Shown here: in pieces, positions 26,773 to 38,396 of the stretch
Layout: the number at the start of each line of letters is the position of its first letter
How positions within the stretch are numbered: position 1 is the first letter of the stretch
Source: Candidatus Daviesbacteria bacterium GW2011_GWA1_41_61
GTDB lineage: Bacteria; Patescibacteriota; Microgenomatia; Daviesbacterales; UBA10151
Direction: 5' to 3'
Assembly (NCBI GenBank): GCA_000997385.1
Contig: LCBT01000003.1
Span: 128,892-192,891 of the forward strand
DNA length: 64,000 nt
Notes under the pieces: model-generated
Databases searched by the model: none
Seen by the model: the letters and a program-made list of their open reading frames with translations, nothing else
Told to the model about the DNA's origin: nothing
Made by a program: the position numbers and the translations under genes

Positions 26773-28058
26773 TATTTTAACATTAAAACTTCTTTAGCCA
26801 GTTTTTCAGTATCGCCAGCCCCCATAAAAAATATTACGCTATCTTTTCCAAACACATCTTGAATTTGCTCTAAAGCTGGTTTTTGAGGTCCGAGATAAGT
26901 TACACTTTTTTTCCCTACAGCTTCAACTAATTGGCGGCTGTTTACTTTTCCGGTATCAACCTCCCGAGAAGGATAGATGTCCATAATGTAAATTTTATCT
27001 ACCGGGGCTTCTTTCAAAACCCTGACAAAATCATTAAACAAGGTGTAGGTGCGGGAAAACATATGAGGCTGGAAAATGACCATCAGCCGTTTTTTAGGAA
27101 ATTTTTCTCTAGCTGCTTGAAGTGTGACTTTAATTTCTGTGGGATGATGAGCGAAATCACTATAGATATAGGCTCCTTGATAATCACCAAGGTGATCAAA
27201 TCTCCGTCCGATTCCGGTAAAATTACGCAAACTTTTTTGAATAGTTTCGGGGTTTATGCCTAAGGCTAGCCCTACCTGATAAGCTGCTGAAGCATTTAAG
27301 ACATTATAACGCCCAGGAATTTGTAGAGGAAAATCTATAGGATGGGATGAGTAATCTACAATTACCTTGCCACCCTTGGGGTGTAAAGCTAAAGCTTCTT
27401 TTACTCCGGGATCTGATAAATTAGCAATAATCTTACCTTTTGTCTGGCTGAAGAATTTGGCAAAGCTAGCCTTATACGCTTCAAAATCTTTAAAGTATTC
27501 CGGATGGTCCATCTCCAAAGTGGTTACTACGGTAATATCAGGGTGGCTGACTAGAAAGTTATCGTTAAACTCATCCGCCTCAGTGACAAAATATTTTCCC
27601 CTACCTATCCGATAATTTACCCCCCACTTGGGGACCTTGGCTCCAAGTTCTACCATTGGATCCAGCTTTGCATCCTCAAGGATAGTTCCTACCATGGCTG
27701 TAGTTGTTGATTTGCCATGAGTTCCACAAACAGCGATAACAAATTTATCTTTTTCCAGATATTTACCCATAAATTGCTGCCAGGTCAGAATTTTTATCCC
27801 CTTTTCTTTGGCAGTCAGAAGCTCGGGATTATTAGCATCTGATGAATAAATTGCTGGTGTGACGGCCAAAATCTCTACATCTGTTAAATGATCAGCAGAG
27901 TGACCTTCATAAAGCAGCTTTGGATCAAATTTTTTAGTAAACTCTCTTTGAAGATTTTTGTCACACCCGCTTATGGTGTATCCTTGTGCTTGAGCTATGG
28001 CAGCAATGGCTGAAGCTCCGCTGCCGGCTATACCTAAAAAATGGATTTTTCCTTTCAT
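26772..28058 (-). CDS. murC: UDP-N-acetylmuramate:L-alanine ligase
   Basis: ORF track. KIHFLGIAGSGASAIAAIA...GYTISGCD is the N-terminal motif, IAVCGTHGKSTTTAMVGTIL is the P-loop, and TEADEFNDNFL fits. Confidence 0.85.
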   Translation of the reverse strand: MKGKIHFLGIAGSGASAIAAIAQAQGYTISGCDKNLQREFTKKFDPKLLYEGHSADHLTDVEILAVTPAIYSSDANNPELLTAKEKGIKILTWQQFMGKYLEKDKFVIAVCGTHGKSTTTAMVGTILEDAKLDPMVELGAKVPKWGVNYRIGRGKYFVTEADEFNDNFLVSHPDITVVTTLEMDHPEYFKDFEAYKASFAKFFSQTKGKIIANLSDPGVKEALALHPKGGKVIVDYSSHPIDFPLQIPGRYNVLNASAAYQVGLALGINPETIQKSLRNFTGIGRRFDHLGDYQGAYIYSDFAHHPTEIKVTLQAAREKFPKKRLMVIFQPHMFSRTYTLFNDFVRVLKEAPVDKIYIMDIYPSREVDTGKVNSRQLVEAVGKKSVTYLGPQKPALEQIQDVFGKDSVIFFMGAGDTEKLAKEVLMLK

Positions 28059-28125
28059 TATTAGGTATTTTAACCTAAAAATAAAATTTTTGCTTTTTGT
28101 GGCTAATTATGATATATTATAGGAC

Positions 28126-29010
28126 ATGAAGGAATTTGATCAACAAGAAGCCCAGCTCTATAAGAATTTAGATGCCCTTAACGCGGTAGAAATCAACTAT
28201 GCATTTTCTCCTCGTAAGTTTGGCAATATGGCTTTTCCTTATGGGGAGATGACGGAAGTTATAGCCAACCGAAGACGTTTTTTAGCGGCTGCAGGTATGA
28301 CTTTAGAAGACGTGGTTTTTATGAGACCTGTTCATAAGGTTAATATTGAAGTTGTAGGATTAAAAGATAAAGGAAAAGGATCTTTAGAAGCATCTTCGGC
28401 AATTCTTTCAACTGATGCGCTGATCACGACCGATAAAGGAGTGGGGTTGGCTTTAAATGCTGCTGATTGCGCCCCAGTAATTTTAACAAATCGCCAAGCT
28501 GAATTCCTTGCTTTATATCATGCCGGTAGAGAAGGGAGTGATTTACAAATCGGCCATCTGGTAATTACTCGGCTCAAAAGGATGGGTTTTACCAATCTTG
28601 ATGATTTTGTGGCTGGCATAGGTCCAGCTATAGGTAAATGTTGCTACAGACAGCAATACCTTCAAACTCATACCCCTGATCCTTGGCTTCCCTACTTAAG
28701 CTGTGGAGATAGTAATAGTACTTGTATTGTGGAAAGAATTAATAATTTAGAACCTCCCTTGTATAAGGTCAGAGCTGAAGATGCTAGCTCAAAACTTTAC
28801 CTAGATATTAATGGTTTTAATAGAGCTCAACTTATAACGGCAGGAGTTCTGGAGAGTAATATCGCAGTGTCGACTTGCTGTACATCCTGTGATGCGGAAA
28901 GAGATTTAATTTTTTCCCATGTTGTCTCTGCTCGTTATGTAAGTACTCAAAAAGCTTCTGCCTTTCCTGAGGGACGGTTTATGGCGGTAGCAATACTAAA
29001 AGAAGATTAA
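28126..29010 (+). CDS. pgeF: YfiH/PgeF-family (DUF152, Cu-oxidase_4) purine-nucleoside/peptidoglycan-editing enzyme
   Basis: ORF track. RPVHKVNIEVVG ... TDALITTDKGVGLALNAADCAPVIL ... ALYHAGREG matches the family's 'QVHG ... ADCxPVLL ... HAGWRG' motifs. A Cys/His cluster sits near the C-terminus. Confidence 0.7.
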   Translation: MKEFDQQEAQLYKNLDALNAVEINYAFSPRKFGNMAFPYGEMTEVIANRRRFLAAAGMTLEDVVFMRPVHKVNIEVVGLKDKGKGSLEASSAILSTDALITTDKGVGLALNAADCAPVILTNRQAEFLALYHAGREGSDLQIGHLVITRLKRMGFTNLDDFVAGIGPAIGKCCYRQQYLQTHTPDPWLPYLSCGDSNSTCIVERINNLEPPLYKVRAEDASSKLYLDINGFNRAQLITAGVLESNIAVSTCCTSCDAERDLIFSHVVSARYVSTQKASAFPEGRFMAVAILKED

Positions 29011-29312
29011 GGATTTTCCTCTTCTTGCCAAGCAGGAGGTAGCTCTATGCCTTTGAAACCTACCGGATCAATGGTCGCACTGTAGCTTCCCCTTGCACCA
29101 ACCCGGACATCAATTCTGGTACAGCCGTTTTCTCCTACTTGCAGAAATTCCCTATCTTGAATCCGGACAATTTTGCTACCCTGCCAAACAACTCCTTCTC
29201 CACGTGTAGTTTGGCCACTTTTAGCTCTTTTGACAATAGCAATCTCTAACTCTTGCAGGCTTTCTATATTTCCATAAGGAATGGATTCAGTAAATAGTTC
29301 GGTTTCAGTCAT
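29007..29312 (-). CDS. Hypothetical 101-aa protein downstream of gyrB
   Basis: ORF track only. There are no diagnostic motifs. The compact operon placement (4-nt gap to gyrB) argues it is real. Confidence 0.4.
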   Translation of the reverse strand: MTETELFTESIPYGNIESLQELEIAIVKRAKSGQTTRGEGVVWQGSKIVRIQDREFLQVGENGCTRIDVRVGARGSYSATIDPVGFKGIELPPAWQEEENP

Positions 29313-29314
29313 AT

Positions 29315-31279
<1,965 letters not shown>

Positions 31280-31360
31280 TTACCAGTTTGGGTCAAATAT
31301 TGCAAGTTTGGGTTGATAAATTAGATTACTAGAAAGCTCTAAACTCCCTCTAAATATCCT

Positions 31361-32050
31361 CTATTGTTTAAGCTGGGGCAGCTTTAATATTAAGTATTCC
31401 AAGACGGCCCTGATATTAACATTTTGTTTAGCCCATCTTTGGGCTTGGATAAGTTCTTTTAGATAGCTATGAAGTTGTTGATGTGTCCACCTGGAAGGTG
31501 GACTGGTATTGACACCTGAAGGGTGGTCTAGAAGTTGGTTTCTAAAGTAAGTGGTTAAAGTTTTTAAAAACTCCCCTCTCTCTTTTAGTTTTTCTATAAA
31601 AACAAAACGTTCTTCCACAGAAGATTCTAAGAGTTTTTCAATACTTTTGACATCTTTTTCAGTTAAGGTTTTTTGCTGATCTTCAGAAGATTCTAAGAAA
31701 AAGGTTTGGCAACGGGATAAAATAGTAGGCAGCAGTTGATCTTCCGAAGAGACCCCTAAGATAATTAAAGCTTCCCCTGGTGGTTCTTCCAAAGTTTTTA
31801 GCAAAGCATTTTGGGCATCTAAAGTTAAATTTTCAGCTGCTATTAAAACCACCGCCTGGCTGCCCCCGTGATATGGCTTTAAACTTAAAAATTCTTTAAT
31901 CTGTCTAACCTGCTCTATCCCCAACTTATCCTCTTCATCAAACCACAATAGATTAAGATGGTTTCTGGAAAGCCCCTTAGATTCTAAGACCTTTTCTGCT
32001 GCAAATCGTCTTTTTAAAACTTCAGGATGGATTAATAAATGAGGAACCAT
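31361..32050 (-). CDS. holB: DNA polymerase III delta-prime subunit-like protein (short form without Walker A)
   Basis: ORF track. NALLKTLEEPP and LPTILSRCQ are the clamp-loader box VII / sensor motifs. The N-terminus lacks GxxGxGK. Confidence 0.6.
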   Translation of the reverse strand: MVPHLLIHPEVLKRRFAAEKVLESKGLSRNHLNLLWFDEEDKLGIEQVRQIKEFLSLKPYHGGSQAVVLIAAENLTLDAQNALLKTLEEPPGEALIILGVSSEDQLLPTILSRCQTFFLESSEDQQKTLTEKDVKSIEKLLESSVEERFVFIEKLKERGEFLKTLTTYFRNQLLDHPSGVNTSPPSRWTHQQLHSYLKELIQAQRWAKQNVNIRAVLEYLILKLPQLKQ

Positions 32051-32105
32051 TTGATGTGATTATATCACTAGGTTTGTTTAATGATTTACGTTTCTACATG
32101 TTGCG

Positions 32106-32126
32106 TTCCCACATGGAGTGTGGGAA
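32106..32126. promoter_or_regulatory. Palindrome TTCCCACA-tggag-TGTGGGAA in the holB/pilB divergent intergenic region. TGGGAAG recurs as a direct repeat 26 nt downstream
   Basis: Seen directly. Confidence 0.3.
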
Positions 32127-32194
32127 GCCAAACTTTGGAAATTATGGGAAGACCCTGATTGACACTTCTAATCTAATCTGTTGATAATAGAAGT

Positions 32195-32215
32195 AGGCCT
32201 TTTTTGAAAAGGCCT
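32195..32215. promoter_or_regulatory. Perfect 21-nt palindrome AGGCCTTTT-ttg-AAAAGGCCT, 8 nt upstream of the pilB start codon; an operator or 5'-UTR hairpin
   Basis: Seen directly. It has a 9-bp stem and a 3-nt loop, and the downstream spacer lacks a Shine-Dalgarno sequence. Confidence 0.4.
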
Positions 32216-32223
32216 ATCTGCCT

Positions 32224-33924
32224 ATGCAGCCAGACCAACTTGGAATTGAAGATATCCTCTTTAAACAAGGGCTAATTAATGCTAACCAGCTTTCAGCTGT
32301 TAAATTGGAATCCATCAACAGCGGTAAATCTACGGAAAGGATTATTCAGGAACATCAATTAGTTTCTGCCGCTAAATTTTATTCTGCTAGGGCGCAGCTT
32401 TTAGGTGTTTCTTTTATTGATTTGGAAGGTAAGGCTATCCCTACCGAAGTTTTGGATCTAGTGCCGGAAGCAGCAGCCAGCCGTTACCATATCATTCCCT
32501 TTGATCGAAAAGACGATAAGTTATTTGTAGCTATGGTAGACCCATTGGACTTACAGATTATTCAATTCATTGAGAAAAAATCCGGTCTTTTTATCAAACC
32601 TTATCTGGCAGCCCTTGGGGATATTACCAAAGCTATTAATGATCAGTATTCCCAAAATTTAACTTCTGATGTGACCTCAGCTTTAAAGGAGGTTACAGAC
32701 TTAAAAAAGGGTGAAGAAGACCAAACTGCTGATAAAGCTGAAGTAATTAGGGAAGCCCCGGTGGCCAATATCATTACCCAGCTTTTAGAATATGCTGTTA
32801 AATCCCGGGCTTCCGACATTCACGTTGAACCATTGGAAGATAAAACCCGGGTGAGGTACAGAATTGACGGCATTTTGCATGAGAAGATTATTCTTCCCCG
32901 GGGTGTTCATGATGCTTTGGTTTCCCGGATCAAGATCCTCTCCAGTTTAAAAATTGAAGAAAAAAGACTTCCTCAAGACGGCAGGTTTAGTTACATCTCC
33001 AGTAAACATGTTTATGACTTACGTATCTCTACTGTTCCGACTGTTTTCGGGGAAAAAGTTGTCATGAGGCTTTTGCCTAAAAGCAGCGTTGCTCCCACTT
33101 TGCAGGAGTTGGGTCTTCGCGGTTCAGCTTTAAGAACCTTAGAAACTCAAATCACCCGTCCTCACGGTATTATTTTAATCTGCGGTCCAACTGGCTCCGG
33201 TAAAACCACCACCCTCTATTCCATTTTAACGAAGCTGTCAACCACCAGGGTAAATATTTTAACTATTGAGGATCCGGTAGAGTACCAAATCCTTGGGACC
33301 AACCAGGTTCAGGTTAACCCTCAAATTGGTTTGACTTTTGCTTCAGCTCTGCGTTCTTTCTTACGTCAAGATCCGAACATCATGTTAGTGGGAGAGGTCC
33401 GTGATACGGAGACAGCTGAGTTAGCTATCCAGGCAGCTTTGACCGGCCACCAGGTATTTTCTACCTTGCACACCAATACTGCTTCCGGATCCTTACCCAG
33501 ACTTTTGGATATGGGGGTAGAATCTTTTCTCTTAGCATCCTCCATCAACGCTGCAGTGGGACAAAGGATTTTGCGCCAGATTTGTCCCGGCTGTAAGGTG
33601 TCTTTTGATCCGCCGCCTGAGGTGGCAGACAACATTAGGCGGGTTTTGGGGAGGTTAGTTCCGGAGAACCAACCGATTAAACTTTATAAAGGTAGTGGAT
33701 GTGAACAATGCGGACATCTTGGATATCTGGGCCGGATTGGTATCTTTGAGGTTTTGTCTCTTTCTCCGAAGATTATGCAGTTGGTTTTAGAAAGATCTTC
33801 TGCCAAAGAGATTGAAGCAGTAGCTATCTCCGAAGGGATGATTACTTTAAAGCAGGATGGTTATATGAAAGTTTTAGAAGGGGTAACCACCTTGGAAGAG
33901 GTCCTGCGGGTTGCCGAAGACTAA
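32224..33924 (+). CDS. pilB: Type IV pilus assembly ATPase PilB (GspE family)
   Basis: ORF track. It has an N-terminal T2SSE_N domain. Walker A is GPTGSGKTTT, and the Asp/His boxes are present. The tetracysteine motif is CPGCKV...CEQCG. Confidence 0.9.
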   Translation: MQPDQLGIEDILFKQGLINANQLSAVKLESINSGKSTERIIQEHQLVSAAKFYSARAQLLGVSFIDLEGKAIPTEVLDLVPEAAASRYHIIPFDRKDDKLFVAMVDPLDLQIIQFIEKKSGLFIKPYLAALGDITKAINDQYSQNLTSDVTSALKEVTDLKKGEEDQTADKAEVIREAPVANIITQLLEYAVKSRASDIHVEPLEDKTRVRYRIDGILHEKIILPRGVHDALVSRIKILSSLKIEEKRLPQDGRFSYISSKHVYDLRISTVPTVFGEKVVMRLLPKSSVAPTLQELGLRGSALRTLETQITRPHGIILICGPTGSGKTTTLYSILTKLSTTRVNILTIEDPVEYQILGTNQVQVNPQIGLTFASALRSFLRQDPNIMLVGEVRDTETAELAIQAALTGHQVFSTLHTNTASGSLPRLLDMGVESFLLASSINAAVGQRILRQICPGCKVSFDPPPEVADNIRRVLGRLVPENQPIKLYKGSGCEQCGHLGYLGRIGIFEVLSLSPKIMQLVLERSSAKEIEAVAISEGMITLKQDGYMKVLEGVTTLEEVLRVAED

Positions 33925-33975
33925 GGAGAACTCTTGCAAAAAAATAATCTATTACCAATAATAGAAGTATAGGGC

Positions 33976-35028
33976 ATGAATATTCAGCAGTTATTAGAAT
34001 TGACTATTGCCAGAAACGCTTCCGACCTTCACTTAGTGGTAGGTTATCCTCCGATGCTGCGGATAAATGGCGAGCTTTCTCCGGTGATGGAACAATCCTT
34101 AGTTGATGGGGATATTGCCGGTTTGATTTTGGCGATGCTGACTCCTGGTCAAAAACAGGCCTTTGATAATAATATGGAGTTAGATTTTGCTTTGGCTTTT
34201 CAAGACCGGGGCCGATTCAGGGTGAATGTTTTCCGCCAGCAAGGCCATCTAACAGCAGCTTTTAGATTGATCCCGGTTAATATTCCTGAGGTGGACAGTT
34301 TAGGCCTTCCTCCGGCTGCTTTAAAACTGGTTAATCTTCGCCAAGGTTTTATTTTAGTGACCGGTCCTACCGGTCATGGCAAGTCAACTACTTTGGCGGC
34401 GATGATTAACCGGGTTAATCAAACTCGGCCCGCCCATATCTTAACTATTGAAGATCCGATTGAGTATATTTATCCTAAGGCTAAAGGTTTGGTCAGTCAG
34501 AGAGAGCTGTTAGTAGATACCAAATCCTGGGCCAATTCTTTAAGGTCAGCTTTAAGGGAGGATCCGGATGTGGTGCTGGTAGGTGAGATGCGGGACTATG
34601 AAACTATCGCCACTGCCTTGACTATTGCTGAAACCGGCCACTTAGTCTTGGCAACACTTCATACTAACTCGGCGGCCCAAACGGTTGACCGGATTATTGA
34701 TGTCTTTCCGGAAAATCAACAAGCCCAAATCCGTATCCAGCTGGCAGCGACACTCGAGGCAGTCATCTCTCAACGTCTGATCCCCACCATTTCTCCGGGC
34801 CGGATTTTAGCCACTGAGCTTCTGTTGAAAACTCCGGCTGTTTCTTCTTTAATCAGAGAGTCTAAAAGCTATATGATTGATAATTTAATACAAACTTCGG
34901 GAGAGCTGGGGATGGTCAGTTTAGAGACCTCCCTAGCCAGACTGGTGAAAGAAGGTCAGGTTGCTTTAGAAACAGCTCAAAATTACACCTTAAGACCTGA
35001 TGTATTAGTTAAATTGGTGGGGCTTTAA
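33976..35028 (+). CDS. pilT: Type IV pilus retraction ATPase PilT
   Basis: ORF track. VTGPTGHGKSTT, AHILTIEDPIEY and GHLVLATLHTNSAAQT are present. Confidence 0.9.
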   Translation: MNIQQLLELTIARNASDLHLVVGYPPMLRINGELSPVMEQSLVDGDIAGLILAMLTPGQKQAFDNNMELDFALAFQDRGRFRVNVFRQQGHLTAAFRLIPVNIPEVDSLGLPPAALKLVNLRQGFILVTGPTGHGKSTTLAAMINRVNQTRPAHILTIEDPIEYIYPKAKGLVSQRELLVDTKSWANSLRSALREDPDVVLVGEMRDYETIATALTIAETGHLVLATLHTNSAAQTVDRIIDVFPENQQAQIRIQLAATLEAVISQRLIPTISPGRILATELLLKTPAVSSLIRESKSYMIDNLIQTSGELGMVSLETSLARLVKEGQVALETAQNYTLRPDVLVKLVGL

Positions 35029-35040
35029 AGATTTGAAACC

Positions 35041-36249
35041 ATGGCAGTTTTTACTTATGCAGCCAAAGATAACCTAGGTCAATATCATAAAGGAGAAGTT
35101 GAGGCTGCTAATGAATATCAAGCAGCTAATCTGGTAAGGCGTCAAAAACTGATCATCATCTCTTTAAAGTCCAAAACTGAAATTTCCAAAGGGTTTTTTT
35201 TAAACTTTTTTAACCGGGTTCCTTTTAGTGAAATTGTCGTTACCACCCGTCAGCTGGCAACTATGGTCGCTGCTGGTTTAGTTTTATCTGAAGCTTTAGA
35301 TATCTTAAAGGAGCAGCAAACTAATGCCAGGTTAAAAAAAGTTTTGGAATATATTTCGACTGATGTTAAAGGAGGACTCGATTTTGCCTCTTCCATAGAA
35401 AAATTCCCGGATGTTTTTCCCAACCTTTATGCTAAATTGGTCCGGGCTGGCCAAGCCTCCGGAAAGCTGGATATAGTTTTACAAGATTTAGCTACTACCT
35501 TGGAAAAGGAAAGAGAGTTTAAAAGTAAGGTTAAAGGAGCGATGATTTATCCCCTTGTGGTGGTAATAATGATGTTTGTGGTCATTGGGGTGATGGTCTT
35601 TTTTGTGATGCCTAGGCTTATGGGTTTATACAAAGAATCAGGAATTGAGTTGCCCCTCCCCACTAAGATAGTGATTGCCTTTACTGGCTTTATCAGCGGT
35701 TTTTGGTGGGCTATACTTTTGGCCTTGGTTTTAGTATTTTTGGTTACCAAAAAATACACCGCTACGGCGGAAGGCAGATACCATTTTGATCGTTTTATCT
35801 TAGAAACTCCCGTCTTAGGTAAAATTAGCCGTTTAATAGTACTGACCAATTTTACCAGAACTTTTTCTCTGCTTACAGCTTCCGGTCTATCAATCCTTGA
35901 TGCCATTAAAATTGTCAGCGATGTGGTGGGTAATAAAGTGTACCAAGAGGCTTTAAGCGTTTCTTACCGGGGGGTGGAAAGAGGGTTGCCCCTTTCGGGG
36001 CAGCTGCTAGGTCTGCCTATTTTCCCCAGGATTGTCGGTCAGATGGTTAAAACCGGGGAAGAAACAGGTAAATTGGATGAGGTGATGTCTAAGCTGGCCC
36101 AATATTTTGAGTCTGAATCAGAACACTCCTTAAAAAATATTACTACTTTAATAGAACCGATAGTGTTAATCGTTTTAGGTGTGGGGGTGGGGTTTTTAGT
36201 CATTTCCGTTATTATGCCGATTTATCAGTTGACAACCAATATTAAGTAA
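35041..36249 (+). CDS. pilC: Type IV pilus platform protein PilC (GspF family)
   Basis: ORF track. It shows two T2SSF repeats with 3 TM helices. Its placement between pilT and the pilin gene fits. Confidence 0.9.
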   Translation: MAVFTYAAKDNLGQYHKGEVEAANEYQAANLVRRQKLIIISLKSKTEISKGFFLNFFNRVPFSEIVVTTRQLATMVAAGLVLSEALDILKEQQTNARLKKVLEYISTDVKGGLDFASSIEKFPDVFPNLYAKLVRAGQASGKLDIVLQDLATTLEKEREFKSKVKGAMIYPLVVVIMMFVVIGVMVFFVMPRLMGLYKESGIELPLPTKIVIAFTGFISGFWWAILLALVLVFLVTKKYTATAEGRYHFDRFILETPVLGKISRLIVLTNFTRTFSLLTASGLSILDAIKIVSDVVGNKVYQEALSVSYRGVERGLPLSGQLLGLPIFPRIVGQMVKTGEETGKLDEVMSKLAQYFESESEHSLKNITTLIEPIVLIVLGVGVGFLVISVIMPIYQLTTNIK

Positions 36250-36340
36250 ACTCAAATTTGAGTTATTTCGAGTACTTGACTGGAAGTTGTTTCTGTGGCA
36301 ACAATAATAATAGAGCAGAACAATTAGAGGGGGTGAAAAG

Positions 36341-36883
36341 ATGACTAAAAAATTTGCTAAGGGTTTTACTTTGGTGGAGCTTTTGATTGTTATTGCTATT
36401 ATTGCTATTTTGGCAGCTGTGGTGGTGCTGATTGTTAATCCTTTGGAGCTGACCAGAAGAAGCCGGGATTCAGCCCGTTTAACTGATTTGGCTAATATCC
36501 AACAGGCGATTAATATTTCGCTTCAGGAAGGATCAGCAGCCGGTCAGTTGTCACCAGCTTGTAATGATAACACTGCTACTGATGTGACTTGTACAGATAA
36601 CAGTGTCGCTGGGAGCAGGGCGGTTAATGGTACTGGTTGGGTGAAGATTAATTTTGCCGGCCAATCTAATGTCACGGTTCCGGTCTTATCAGTTGATCCG
36701 ACTAATAATACAACCACTGGTTACTATTACCGGTATTGCGGTAATGGGACTAACTGGAGGATCTTGACCAATTTGGAATCAGAGAAGGAAAAAGCCAGAG
36801 AGAGTGTTGATGGAGGTTTGGATGCTGCCCATTATGAGGTGGGTTCTGATTTAACTAGCACTTGGGCATTTTGTACTTGGTAA
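36341..36883 (+). CDS. Type IV (major) pilin, class III signal peptide
   Basis: ORF track. MTKKFAKG|FTLVELLIVIAIIAILAAVV shows Gly-1, Phe+1 and Glu+5. It is the first pilin after pilC, with a good GGGGTG SD upstream. Confidence 0.75.
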   Translation: MTKKFAKGFTLVELLIVIAIIAILAAVVVLIVNPLELTRRSRDSARLTDLANIQQAINISLQEGSAAGQLSPACNDNTATDVTCTDNSVAGSRAVNGTGWVKINFAGQSNVTVPVLSVDPTNNTTTGYYYRYCGNGTNWRILTNLESEKEKARESVDGGLDAAHYEVGSDLTSTWAFCTW

Positions 36884-36886
36884 GAG

Positions 36887-37789
36887 ATGGTTATTGTGGG
36901 CTTTATAATTGGTACGGTTTTAGGAAGTTTTGTTGAGGCAGTCTCCAATAGGCTGATTAAACAAACTTCTATTTTAGGAAGGTCATACTGTGAGAAGTGT
37001 CGAAAAACACTTGCCTGGTATGACCTTTTTCCTGTTGTTTCTTACCTGCTTCTAAAAGGCAGATGCCGCTATTGCCAGAAAAAGATTCCCCGGCAAGCTT
37101 TAATAGTAGAAGCAGGAATGGGTTTGGCTGTGGCTTTACTTTTTGCACTAACAGCTCCCCGGTTTGAGATGTTGGTAAATTTTAATCAGCAGACTTTATT
37201 GTTGGGACTGGAACTTTTTTTTAAATTATTTGTAGTGTCTATTTTAGCCATTGTTTTTTTAGTGGATTTGAGAACCGGCTATATCTTTGATAAAGTAACT
37301 TATCCGGCGGTAGCTTTGTCTGGGCTTTTCCTGATTATCTCTACAGCAGCCAAAAGCTGGTTTTTTTATCAAGATAGTCTGAGCAGTTCCTTAGGTAAAT
37401 ACTTCCTTCCCCCCTACTCTAATTATGTGACAGATATTATCCAAAGGATGTGGCTTGCGGTAGGCTGGAGTTTTCTTTCTGCTGTAGCTTTAGCTTTGAT
37501 CTTTGTTCTACTGATATTGATAACCCGCGGTAAAGGCATGGGCTGGGGGGATGTGAAATATGTTTTATTTTTGGGGTTGGCTTTAGGCTTTCCTAATAAT
37601 TTAGTAGGCATATTTTTAGCTTTCTTTTTAGGAGCCATAGTTTCGGTTTTTTTAATCGCTTTTGGGAAGAAACATTTTGGACAAACCATCCCTTTTGGGC
37701 CTTTCCTAAGCTTAGGAGCTTATTTGGCTTTGCTCTTTGGTCCTCAGGTTTTAAACTCCTATCTTTCCAGCTTCAAATTGGGGTATTGA
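36887..37789 (+). CDS. pilD: Prepilin peptidase (A24 family, PilD)
   Basis: ORF track. The Zn-binding motif is CEKCRKTLAWYDLFPVVSYLLLKGRCRYCQKKI. It is polytopic with conserved Asp-containing loops. Confidence 0.85.
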   Translation: MVIVGFIIGTVLGSFVEAVSNRLIKQTSILGRSYCEKCRKTLAWYDLFPVVSYLLLKGRCRYCQKKIPRQALIVEAGMGLAVALLFALTAPRFEMLVNFNQQTLLLGLELFFKLFVVSILAIVFLVDLRTGYIFDKVTYPAVALSGLFLIISTAAKSWFFYQDSLSSSLGKYFLPPYSNYVTDIIQRMWLAVGWSFLSAVALALIFVLLILITRGKGMGWGDVKYVLFLGLALGFPNNLVGIFLAFFLGAIVSVFLIAFGKKHFGQTIPFGPFLSLGAYLALLFGPQVLNSYLSSFKLGY

Positions 37790-37849
37790 CAGCTGTTTTA
37801 GTTTATGACAATACTAGATTAGAGCAAGAAAGTTTAAAGATTACTGCCC

Positions 37850-38341
37850 ATGACACAAAAGTTAATTGCTAAGAAAATTCAAAAAGCTACTCAAGGTTTT
37901 ACCCTCATTGAACTTTTAGTCGTAGTCTCCATTATTGCTATTTTGGCAGTAGTATCACTCTCACTATTTGGTAATGCTCAAAAGGTAGCCCGGGATGGAG
38001 TAAGAAGAGCAGAGATTAATGCCATTGCTAAATCATTTGAATCATCAAGAGATATCCCTAACGCAACATATCAATATAACACTACTTATTATAATAATGA
38101 TTTTGGTAACAGTAATCCGGCAGATCCCCTAGGAACAAGGAATTATTGCATAGGTATTAATACTACCGATACCACACCTCCAGCACCACCAGCAGCTTGG
38201 ACTTCTGGTTGTCCAGCAGCACCATTTAATAATGCTTTTAGTGATACTTGGACCATGGCAGCTGGGACAAGATCATGGACAGCTTGTGCTAGCTTGGAAG
38301 CCACTACTACTCCTTTCTGTATCAAGAGTATTATTAGATAA
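37850..38341 (+). CDS. Pilin-like protein (minor pilin 1)
   Basis: ORF track. The prepilin motif is ...KATQG|FTLIELLVVVSIIAIL. Confidence 0.7.
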   Translation: MTQKLIAKKIQKATQGFTLIELLVVVSIIAILAVVSLSLFGNAQKVARDGVRRAEINAIAKSFESSRDIPNATYQYNTTYYNNDFGNSNPADPLGTRNYCIGINTTDTTPPAPPAAWTSGCPAAPFNNAFSDTWTMAAGTRSWTACASLEATTTPFCIKSIIR

Positions 38342-38396
38342 CCTCCCTTAATTGACAGTTGATAGATTTAAGCCTTATGATGGAATTAACCTAAGG

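Noticed and set aside
25834-27615. Plus-strand ORFs antisense to murD and murC (25834..26064, 26366..26611, 26931..27263 and 27367..27615)
   Set aside because: They are embedded antisense in confident Mur ligase genes.
33366-33635. An antisense ORF in pilB. The same applies to 35547..35906 in pilC, 37423..37689 in pilD, 38143..38325, 41615..41806, 42039..42293, 43574..43928, 44017..44214 and 44884..45102 in the pilin genes
   Set aside because: All are antisense or alternative frames inside genes with clear motifs.
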